From: Zygnema circumcarinatum SAG 698-1b
Lineage: Eukaryota > Plantae > Zygnematophyceae
DNA length: 64,000 nucleotides
Reading direction: 5' to 3'
NCBI GenBank assembly: GCA_037447605.1
Contig: CM074809.1
Location: 3,586,689 to 3,650,688 of the forward strand
Shown one piece after another: positions 11,391-21,428 of this stretch. The notes below the pieces were generated by a model, which was not told where the DNA came from, did not search any database, and worked only from the letters and a program-made list of their open reading frames with translations. A program made the position numbers and the translations under genes. The first letter of the stretch is position 1. The number at the start of each line of letters is the position of its first letter.

Positions 11391-14300
11391 CTGGGCAATG
11401 ACGGTGGACATTGGAGCGACGGCTGACTCTCCGTACACTCGAGAAGGCCACGTGCCCGGTCCTGATTGGACCACAGTATCTGCCCCCATCCAAACAAGCA
11501 AACTCAAAAAAATAAAAATAAATAAAACAAGCATTTTGAGGTTTGAAGGGAAATGAAAGGACCTCAAATTCCCTACTATGGTTGCATTAAAAAGGGGTCA
11601 AAAACGGAAGAAAAGGATTACCCGGTAAAGCACTCCCGGATGCCTCCAAATTGATCATTGCTCCCACTTGCTCGGCCCACGGATGCGTCTTCACAAAACC
11701 GTGAACTGCCTGCGAGGAGACCAATACATGCTAATTCATGGCTAATTCATGGCTAATTCATGGCTAATTCATGGCTAATTCATGGCTAATACATGGCTAA
11801 TTCATGGCTAATTCATGGCTAATTCATAGCTAATTCATGGCTAATTCATGGCTAATACATGGCTAATTCATAGCTAATACATGATGCCATTTGGATGGAG
11901 TATAAGGGTTTAGGTTAGAGTGACAAAGCCCTAAGGCTGAGTCATGGAAGGTTCTTGGGGATTTGATGATAGCCCGGGGTGGCAAAGCTTCAAAAAATTA
12001 GGGTTTTTATGGCATGTCCATTTCCCATGCAACTCACCTTGAGGAAAATTTCCTCTCCTCCGTTGAACAAAAAGATCACCGGCGCCGACGGGATGTAGTC
12101 CGAATCCACAATTTGGCGCAGGACTTCCAGCATGCATGCTGCAGTTCCATGCAGTTCCCACCGTTCAAGTGAATCAGTTTAGGCTTTCCAGAACAGCAGT
12201 GAGCTCTAGTTTGCACAGAAAATATGCAAGTCTGGACTTCTTAAAAATGCAAAACCTCAGATTTAGAGATCTCTTTGAGCCACTGACTCAGCACAATCTC
12301 CTCCCCTTCCCCGGCCTCCTTCCTACCCCTCTCTCCCCTACCTTTTCACATCCTGTCTCTCTCCCCCGTTCCCCCTCTCTTTCATCTCCCTCCCTCTCTC
12401 CTCATTCTCCGCCTTCCCTGTCTCTCTCCATCAAGCCACAACTACGACATCCATTCGTGTATCCCTTCACAAAATCCCTCTATCTCCTCCCTTTGGGCAG
12501 GCAAAACATTTCATCAATGCATCCCCCCTCTCTTCTCTCTTATCTCTTCTCTCTCTCCTCTCCCTCTATCTTACTCTCTCCCCCCCTCTCCCTCTCTCTT
12601 TCCGCCCTATCTCTCTCCTCCCTCTCCCTCAATCTCTCCCCCCTCCCGCCCTCTTTTTATCTCCTCCCTCTCTCCAGACAGGCAAAACATTTTGAGCTGA
12701 CCGACGCATGCAGCGCAGTCGCTGGCCCCCGGGGAATGCAGGCCCGAATCGAAGTGGCCATTCACAAGAACAGCCGCTCTATCGGGAGCGGAATTTGCAG
12801 CCGAAATTCTGGCATAGAATAGGATAGACATTAGCATCAAACGTTTAGAACTTTTAGAACTTTGAACTCCTTCCTCTCTCACCACTCTCCCACCCCCACT
12901 CTCTCTGTGCGTCTACATGTGCTTTCTCTCTGCGTCCTCAATACATGCCTCTCCGTCTGCCTCGTTCCTCTCTCTCCGCCCTCAGTCGGTGCTCTCGTCC
13001 TCTTCATCTACCTCTCCACTTCCTTTTTCAGTAGATGGTCTCTCCCCCTCCGTTTACTTCTCCGACTTCTCTACAATTGTTGCTCTCTCGCTCTCCCGCT
13101 GCCCGTCTACCTCCTACCGTCTTTCCTCCCTCTCTCGAGTGGATCCCTCTCTCTCCCCCTCTACCTCTCCTCCCCGTCTCCGGTTGTTGCTCTCTCCATC
13201 TCCTCCCCCTCTCCTGCTCTCGCCTTTTCCTATTGTTGCTCTCTCCTTCTCCCACTCCTCACCCTCTCCACTTGTTGCTCTCTCCCTCGACCTCTCTGTC
13301 TACCTCCCCCCCCCTCGCCACCCGCAATAGCCATTCTCTCCCTCTTCCCCTTTCTTCTCTGTTGTCACCCCTTGTCCTTCCCTCGCCCCTCTAATCCAAC
13401 TCTAATTCAAATGCGCCTTTTTCTATGACATAAACCACCACAATGCCAAACCTATTCAGAAAAAACCGACCAGTTTTCAGTTTTTGTCCGCAAACCTGAC
13501 GGCGATGTTTGTGATGTTCTGGTACGCCATCGTGACAGTTCGCGTCACGAAGGCGGGAAGGTTAAAGGACCCGCTCACCAGGGACTCGTCGATTTCAAAT
13601 CTGACAGCCTCAAAATTTACACCCCGGGGCTCCATTTTTAATTCATACATACAGTTAATACATCCCTAAAAGACGTAAGTGCGGAGGGAAGATGCCATCG
13701 GTCCGAGTCTTAGAACTCCAAGTTTGGAGAGCGATAAGTTCCTAAGCGAATTGATGGAAACTAGGTCGCATTTGTCTGGTCTGTTTAGTTCGTTTAGCAT
13801 TCAAAGAAGACCCCTACTCCTTGCGGTTATGATTATCTCCTATTCCGTGGCTCAATAGTATACTAAAAAAAAAAGGGTAAAGAAAGTAGAATGCAACGAT
13901 TATCTTTCACATATACCTCAACTTGGAGCTTGCCCTCTCCTTTAATTTTTCAACTTCTGATTTCAAATAGTTTTTCGCTTCCAACAGTCCCGGAGAACCC
14001 TCCTGCATCACCACAAAGGTGATTTATACCCGTCAAACATTTCTAAATTGAACATTCGTTGATGTTTATTTTGTGTTTCATTCCTTCCAATTTTTTCTTT
14101 TCGTCAGACGAAGATGTTAATGGGCATGCGGCTTTAGTAAATTTAAAATTTCAAGTTTCTTGACGGGGTTCAATTGAATAGACTTCGGCCCTAAGCACGC
14201 GAGAGAGAGAGAGAGGGGGGGAGGGAGAGGGAAAGGGTGCTTCCGGCTGCACCTGGCGGCCTCCAATGTCCCCCGCCAGACGCTCCACGTGGCGCATGGC

Positions 14301-14555
14301 CCGGCCCTCCGCAAAGCGATCTGCAGCCGTCGATTCCGCATCCAACGGCTGGCGATGAGCCGCGTGCGGGTGCTGCGCCGTGAGGAGGAGGACGCCGCCA
14401 TAGAACGCCACGAAGAGGGCCAGCGCCGCCGCACGCTGCCCTAAACTGACTCCATGTGCACAAGTTTCAGTTTTAGTTCCAGTTTTCAGTTCAGTTTGTG
14501 CTCCTGCTGCGCTCTCCTGCGCAGCTTCGGAGCTGAGACTCTCTCCGGACGCCAT
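1989..14555 (-). CDS. ERMP1: Endoplasmic reticulum metallopeptidase 1-like M28 zinc peptidase (multi-exon)
   Basis: GT-AG exons encode [23 protein letters not shown] (14555-14253), [14 protein letters not shown] (~14010), [11 protein letters not shown] (~13500), [22 protein letters not shown] (~12700), [10 protein letters not shown] (~12050), SHGF..INLEASG (~11650), [11 protein letters not shown] (~11450), [23 protein letters not shown] (~11050), [11 protein letters not shown] (~10400), transmembrane exons (~9000-4000), [15 protein letters not shown] (~3950) and C-terminal [18 protein letters not shown] (1989). The M28 metal-ligand motifs are intact. Confidence 0.93.
4158..5000 (+). repeat. 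Homopurine (GGGA/GGA)n tract filling an ERMP1 intron
   Basis: About 840 bp, mostly G/A, dominated by GGGA units. Confidence 0.95.
4960..7882. repeat. Near-identical ~1.48-kb direct duplication (about 4960-6405 and 6440-7882) separated by a 10-N gap
   Basis: The same sequences recur at an offset of 1477-1478 bp (GAGGGAAGGAGCGAATGAG at 4981/6459; TAGGTGTGAGGGTTTTGG at 6361/7838). N run at 6406-6415. Confidence 0.92.
6406..6415. other. Scaffold gap (10 N)
   Basis: N run flanked by GA-rich tracts. Confidence 1.
7858..8800 (+). repeat. Homopurine (GGGA/GGA)n tract in an ERMP1 intron
   Basis: About 940 bp of almost pure G/A. Confidence 0.95.
11724..11883 (+). repeat. 11-bp tandem repeat (CATGGCTAATT) x ~14
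   Basis: Direct reading, with CATAGCTAATT and CATGGCTAATA variants. Lies in an ERMP1 intron just before the acceptor at ~11710. Confidence 0.92.
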
Positions 14556-14867
14556 GGCCTGTGGGGGGGAGAGAAAGGAGAGGAAGGAGCAAGGTGGACG
14601 AGAGAGGGAGGGAGGGAGGGGGGGCAGGAAGAGGGGAGGTGGGAGAGAGACAGCGAGAAGGGGTAGAAAAGTGGGAAAAAGAGAAAAGAGGATCGAAGGA
14701 GAGAGGGAGCGAGTGGAGGAGGGGCGGAAGAGAGGGGGAGGGACTTACTAGAGAGGGAGAGGAAGAGGAAGAGGGAGAGGGCGAGAGGGAGGGGGAGGGG
14801 GCGCGAGCGCGAACGCGTCGCTCTAAGCGAGCTTTCCTGGAACGGTCGCTTGAGGGAAAGGGTGTCC

Positions 14868-14955
14868 GTACATATGTATGTTTTCGTACGCCAATGTACG
14901 GCAGCTTACTGTACATGTTTACGTACAGTACAGTACGGGCCGTATGAAACTGTAC
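14868..14955. promoter_or_regulatory. GTAC-core cluster in the ERMP1/FMO divergent promoter
   Basis: 8 GTAC sites in 88 bp (14868, 14886, 14896, 14911, 14923, 14928, 14933, 14952). GTAC is the SBP-domain core site. Confidence 0.5.
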
Positions 14956-15072
14956 GAACAAATCAACGGAACGACAACAGACTGAGCCGCACGGAGCCTC
15001 GGAGGGAGGCATTACTCCGGCAAGGCTGCCACGTGGCGGCTTCCCGGGCCCCCTCGCCCTCGCACGTGCGAC

Positions 15073-18000
15073 ATGGCGGCAGCGTCCCTCTCCCTCCTCC
15101 CTTTGCGCTCTTGCGCTGCCATGGCTGCCCTCCCCCCCTCCCCCGTCCCCTCCCCCTCCCCCTCCCCCTCCCCTCCCCCCCGCCCCCTCCCCCTCCCCTC
15201 CCCCTCCCCCCCCCCCGCCATGGCTCCCACTCCCTGAAGGTCGCCGTCATCGGCGCTGGCGCCGCCGGGCTCGTCGCCGCCCGGCAGCTGCTCCGCGAGG
15301 GCCACCACGTGGCCGTCCTGGAGCAAGGCTCCCGCGTGGGCGGCACGTGGCAGTACGAGGAGCGCGCGGAGAGCGACCCCCTCTCGCGCGCGCCCTCGCG
15401 GGAGCGCGTCCATGGCAGCATGTACGCGAGCTTGCGCACGAACCTCCCGCGGGAGGTCATGGCGTTCAGGGACTTTCCGCTGTCAGTTTCAGTTCCAGTT
15501 CCAGTTGCAGTTGCAGTGGACGGGCGACGGTACTGCTCGCATGGAACGGTGGCGCGGTATCTGGAGCGCTTCGCGGAGGTGTTCGGGGTGTTGCCGCACG
15601 TGCGGTTCGGGAGGAGGGTGGAGGTGGTGGAGCCGGCGGAGGGGGGGAAGGCAGGAGGGGAAGGGTTTAGGGTTTTGGAGGGCGGGGGGAGGGGGGTGGA
15701 GAAGGGGGAAGGGTTTAGGGTTTTAAAGGGCGGGGGGAGGGGGGAGTGGGTCAAGTGGAGAGTGGCCAGTAGGGAGGTGACATTTGGCAGTGCGGTGGAG
15801 GAGGTGTATGATGCTGTGGTGGTCTGCAATGGACATTTTTCTGAACCCAAGATTGCTGATATTGCAGGTACTGTTTACTAGGGGGTGTTCAGGGTTTAGG
15901 GTTCTGGCTTCAAGTTTCAGAGTTCAGGGTGTAGAGTTGGCGTTCAAGGTTAAGGGTTCAGGTTGCAAGGTTTAGTTATCAGGTTGTAGAGTTTAGGGTT
16001 CAGGGTTTAGGGTTCAGAGTGTAGAGCTTAGGATTTGGATTTAAAGTTCAGGGTTTCTGGTTAGGGTTCAGGGTTCAGGGTTCAAGTTTAACCAAATGAA
16101 TTCTGTTTTTGGCGCAAGGTTCAACGTCTTGAAGGCTTGAGATTTAAGAACTCTTGAGGGTGTAGGGTTCAGAGTTTGAGGCTTCAAGAGTTAGGGTGTG
16201 CAGTTGGGGCCCAGGGTTGAAGGTTCTGATCCGGACTGCAGTGTTTTTTTAAAAAGAATGTCGAGGTTGAGCGTTGCAGGGTTCAGGTTTTATGTTGAAA
16301 GGGTTCATGGTTTCAGGGTTTTGTCTCTCACTTTCACTCTCTCTCTCTCTCTCTCTGTGCGGAGGGAGGGAGAGCAGGACTCAGTGAGTGGCCGGGCCGC
16401 CAAATGCACAGCCACAACTACCGCCGCCCTGAACCCTTCGCCGGACTTGTAAACTTCTCCGCCTGCTCTGAAATCCCTCCATAAATCCTTCGTCTCTCAC
16501 CACCTTGAGACAGAGAGAGAGAGAGAGGGGGGAGGGGGAGGAGGGAGGGGGAGGGAATCTCTCACATGAGACAGAGAGAGTGGGAGGGGCGGAGGGGGAG
16601 GGAATCTCTCACCATCCTTTGCAGCCCTAAGCCCTGACAAAACATTCGCAACCCTAATGACCCTACAACCTTGTAGCCTTAAACAATAGACCCCTGCAGG
16701 GGCTGAAACCCTAACCCTAAATTTCGTGCCGCGAGGATGCAGAGCAGGTGGTAGTGGTGGTGGGAGCGGGCAGCAGCGGGGAGGACATTGCCAGGGAGGC
16801 AGCCATGGCTGCTCGGGAGGTCCACATGTGCGCGCGCAGCTGGCCAGGTGCGGGAGGGGGAGGCTCGCCCTCTCCCACTCCCTCTCCCTCTCCCTCTCCC
16901 TCGCCGGGAGGGAAATATAAGAATCTGTGGCGACATCCCATGGTAAGAGAGGAGATGGAAGAACTGTGTTTGCCAGGGAGGGTTTGATTGGTTTTAGGGT
17001 TGCAGGTATTTTGGGGTTTGTAAGGATGTTAGGTTTTCTAAGATCTGAATTTCTGGGCCGTGAGAGATGTGTGCAGGCAGTGAGAGCGCATGCGGACGGA
17101 AAGGTTGAGTTTGCTGACGGCGTCTCAGTCGTTGCTGACGTCATTCTGCACTGTACTGGGTGAGAGTTTTTTTTTTTTTTTTGCTTTATGTTGTTAGTCT
17201 TGTGCACGTATTTACAAACTGCGTCGTTTTTCAGCCACGACATACTTTCGTTTTCTATTTTTTTTTTTCTTTGTCGAACAATTGATGAATGCTCTACAGA
17301 GAGCGAGCTAAAATGAGAGAGAGAGGGGGGAGAGAGGGAGTGATGGGCAGGTACATGTATCACTTCCCCTTCCTGAGGGGCATTGACCACTGCGTCAAAG
17401 TCTCTGACTCGCGTGTGGGACCACTCTTTGAGCATGTTTTCCCACCGACTTTGGCTCCCACTCTCTCCTTTGTGGGCCTCCCCTGGCAGGTAGAGAGAGA
17501 GGCCCTCCCACTGCATGCATGCATGTATGCATGCATGTACACTCTCTCTCTCTCGTACTCTCATGTTTTTCCATTCTTTTCAAAAAGGTCAATCTAAGAA
17601 TCTCTCTCTTTCTCTCTCCCTCTCTCCCTCTCCCTCTCTACCTTTCTCCCTATTTATAAGCACACCTCATGGTTCTCACGGACCTTGAGCGCATGTGATT
17701 TGTTAGAAGTCCTTAAGGGAGAGTTGATACCAAGGATATGAGCACACTGCAGGTGGCTCCGTTTCCCCTTATGGAGATTCAAAGCACGTGGATTGCGAAA
17801 GTGCTTTCAGGAAGTGTGGGGTTACCTTCGAGGGAAGAGATGGAGTCTGAAATTGAAACCTTCTATAAGCGAATGGAGGAGGCAGGCCTCCCGCAACGCT
17901 TCACTCACTCTATGGGGAAAACTGCCGTAGTGGGCCAGGTGCAGTGAACCTGCAACCCTATAAGCAGCTCTACTTTTCTGTAAGCATTTGTGCTCGTTTG

Positions 18001-18718
18001 CGGATCATGTAGCAGCAGAGAAACAAGCACAGGAGATGCATCATGTTCATGACTTTGAGCCAATTCCTAAACGAATAATAATAATAATAATAATAATATA
18101 TATGTTTTCTGCAGTTTGAGTATCTTGATGGGATCTGTGCGCGTTGCGGCATACTTCCAGTGGAGCAGTGGAGGAGGGAAATGTATGCGCTGGGAAGTTT
18201 GAATAAGCAGAATAACCCGGATGAGTATCGAGATATGTGGCCGGAGTCTTCACTTGTTGAAGGGGAAGTAGCAGCAGCTCAGGCAGCGCAGCTTGAGGCT
18301 TTAAGGTGCGGCAAAACTTCACTGCTCACTACTTAGAAAGGGTGAAGGTTTCAAGGATAACGATGTGAGCTAAAAGTCACTGCCAATGCGAACAGTGAGC
18401 TTATGCGGTTGAAGTTTTATAGTTTTAGAGTTTTCATTTCTACTGTTTATTGTTTGTTGTACATACAGCATGGAGCTGTGTCAATAGAAAGTTGAGAATA
18501 GCCAGTTAGCCGGTTGACATCAATAGCCAGTTTTAGTCATTCATTTAGATGACTGAAAGATGTGAGGGGAATCGAATAAGGAAAGGGGATTTTTATCGCT
18601 TTGAACCCCTTCCGCTCCTCCTACTGGGGATGTTTCCCTTATCTTCTAACGCCTATTCTCTTGCCTTTCTCATCCTTGCAGAGCTCTGACTGACACTGTC
18701 TCCATTAGTGGCCTCTGA
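15073..18718 (+). CDS. Flavin-containing monooxygenase (FMO GS-OX-like), with an apparent 1-bp frameshift near the start
   Basis: KVAVIGAGAAGL (FAD GxGxxG), GGTW, MYASLRTNLPRE, DAVVVCNGHFSEP; exon ~16380 WPGRQMHSHNYRRPEPF (FMO signature); ~16748 VVVVVGAGSSGEDI (NADPH); ~17080 VILHCTG; ~17351 YHFPFL..VGPLFEHVFPP..LSFVGLPW; ~17754 VAPFPLMEIQ; ~18115 FEYLD..EYRDMW; probable last exon 18682-18718. Confidence 0.92.
15880..16330 (+). repeat. Degenerate telomere-like (TTYAGGG) run in FMO intron 1
   Basis: Repeated TTTAGGG/TTCAGGG/TTAGGG heptamer variants. Smaller runs at ~2200-2260, ~8975-9030, ~16620-16725 (opposite strand) and ~16985-17040. Confidence 0.7.
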
Positions 18719-19566
18719 TTTTCCTGCTATTCCCCCCCTCCCACTCCTTTGCTTCTGTGCTCATACCGTCCTCGCCCCCACTCTCAACCCTCCGAGTATT
18801 GACAAGGAGCACTTGTATATAGAAATCACTATCACTATTTTGGCTCCATATGGACGTTACTCTGTCGGCCTTGCAATTGCGTGCGGCTCTCATCCAGTCC
18901 GTCAAAGTTTCTTGACTACGGACGAATGAGGAATGGGAGGACCAACCAAACATTGACAGCCGACATTGCCCAGAATATGCAAATTAGCTCCTTCAGGGCT
19001 GCTGAAGGCAGTGAGACATCGATTGCATCGCCTTAGAACGGGGAGAGTACTGCCGTATTGTCTTGCTTAGGATGACGATTCAGCGAATTCAAGTCAAGTC
19101 CAGCCAATTGAAATCAAGTCAAATTGAGTCTATGTTCTGGACACTGTTGAATCACCTGGCCGTGAATCTTAACTGAACTTCGAATCCTCATCATGGCCCT
19201 TACTACTTTTGTAAGTGAAACCTTAGAATCCATCACTCGCGATCAAATCCAGCAGCTCCATCACATTCGAATCTAGACACATCACATTCGTTTTGTTGTG
19301 GATACCCTTCTTTTGGAAAAATATTTCGAGTACTCATACATCAGCATTCAATAAAGCTGCTTTCATTTCCTTTTCCTTTCCCCTTTGCTTCCTTTCCCCT
19401 ATCAATAGAGCATTCCTTCACTCGGACTGAAATAGTACAAACTAAGTCCTCAACAATCAACCTTCTTTCTCATTTTGAACTTCCTCCCCTTCCCCCTCTT
19501 CTCCACAAGGGGAGTGAAAAAGACTTCAAAGCCTACATGTTCCTGAAAGTGCTGCTGCGTGCAGCT

Positions 19567-20945
19567 TCAAGTCCAGCAGTAAGTCTTACAATCTACGGAA
19601 CCTTTGCTACCTAGATCTACATCTACGGCGACATTTACAGATCTAATGGCAAAAGCTGCCACTGGAAACAACCTCCAGTTCGTCCAGACTGGCTTAGCAC
19701 AAGGCAGTTGGTAAACTCTGAGAGACAGCTCGTCCTCATCTGGTTGCCCGCATGCAGCTCCATTTGTTGAAAAAGGCCTACTTTCCCTAAAGTACCTAAC
19801 TGACAAACTAACAAAGTAGCTAACTATCTAATCAACTAGCTAGCTGATTACCTAATTACTGATCGATTGACTGACTGGCTGCCTAGCTAATAACTTATCA
19901 ACTAAACCCTAGGACCAAACTCAAAAGAAACCTGACTGAATGATTGTGATTTGGAGTCCTGCTGGCCCGTCCACCTCTCAGCTGCAGCACGCAGCTGTGT
20001 TTGTATGGAACGGACAAGAAAGGGAGGGAGGTGAGGAAGTAGGGACTGAATTACTGGAGACTCTAGGAATCTACTGCGAGTTCTTCAATGGATGCGTTCG
20101 TCTAATGGTTCTCTACTGCCGCCGCATGCAGCTATCCGAAAAGCCTCGGCCTGCTCTAAATAGGATGCAACTACTCGCTCTGAGTAGAAGGAATAACCAA
20201 CAACTTGCTCGTCTAGAAAAAATCTCTCCTCACCTACTCCCAAGTGGGGTCCCGCGTAACCCTCCGCCTAAGCACGGTACACGTCGAGAGGGTGATGTCG
20301 ATTTTGACGCTGTTGAAATATACCTGCAGAGCAAAACATGCCAAAAGGGAACCAGAAAAGCCAAGCGCAACGCTTAGTATGCTTTTGAGAACAATCGGAT
20401 GATCCAGGCAACAAGAGCGGAGAGGGAGGGACAGGGAGGGGCAGAGGGAGAGGGAGAGGGAGAGGGAGAGAGCGCGGAGGAGGGGCCCTCACCGTCTCCA
20501 GGCAGCGGCTCTTGCAGGCAGTGGCCGGCCATGTACCGGAGAGCTGGCACCTCAAAATTTGCAAGTCTCAGTTCCCCGCCGGGAAGGTCTCCCTCTGCCT
20601 CTCCCATTCCGCCGCTTCGCCGCTGCATCCTCACACATAACAGCGGTAAGGGTTCCATTTAAGGTTGTTCCATGCGAAATTGGAAGCTTGTTTGAGTGTC
20701 CTCCTCACTGCCTGCTTCTCAATTCTGCGCGCTAAGTTCAAGGTTCAGGCGATTCCGATGCAAAAAAATCAGATTCTTTGGCCTCGGAGGGTGAAGAGAG
20801 CGCTCACATCATAGGTCAGTGGTGAAGCTGGAACTGGGAGCTGCGTCAGGAGGGGATGNNNNNNNNNNCTCACACTGTGAGCAGATGCAGGAGGAGAGAG
20901 GAGAGCTGTCAGGAGGAGGCGGCAACCATGGCGGGCTGCCGCCAT
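19567..20945 (-). pseudogene. Possible small orphan gene or pseudogene fragment, interrupted by a gap
   Basis: ccATGGC at 20945 starts MAAARHGCRLLLTALL (signal-peptide-like). Several AG/GT-bounded segments follow (~20840-20808, ~20610-20490, ~20325-20240, ~19790-19567), but I could not build one clean reading frame or recognise a family. Confidence 0.3.
20859..20868. other. Scaffold gap (10 N)
   Basis: N run. Confidence 1.
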
Positions 20946-21428
20946 GGAGCCTCCCTCCCTCCCTCCCTTTCTCCCGCCCTCCCCCTCGCCCTCCCCCACT
21001 TCCTCCACCTCTCCCTCCCTCTCAATGGCGCCCTCCCGCACACTGAGTGGGAGTCAGCGGCTCCATTTTATCCCCATGAGGGTCCACTCCGTTGTGGATT
21101 CAGCCTGGGATAAGTCCAATCGTGGAACGCCACGTGGACATTTCAGTCCACGTGGCGGACTTATTGGAGATGCATTCTGATTGGAGGGGCCGCGGCTCCA
21201 AAAATAATGCGATCTTCGCCCGTGTGTGACATATAAAAGTATGCAATGGCCTTGCGCCACGTGGCTCATTGCCGCATTTTGTGAGTCTCCGTACGATTTG
21301 CAGCAATAATTCTGATTTTCAAATGGGAAGGTACTCTGCCGTACGGTACGGACAGTGTCACGGCCCGTGACCTGCCCGGAGGGGGCACGACGATGCCCCC
21401 CGTGCCCCTGCCACGTCAGCGTACCCCG

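Noticed and set aside
18720-18953. 73-82 aa ORFs after the FMO
   Set aside because: No motif or start context. Consistent with FMO 3' UTR or flank.
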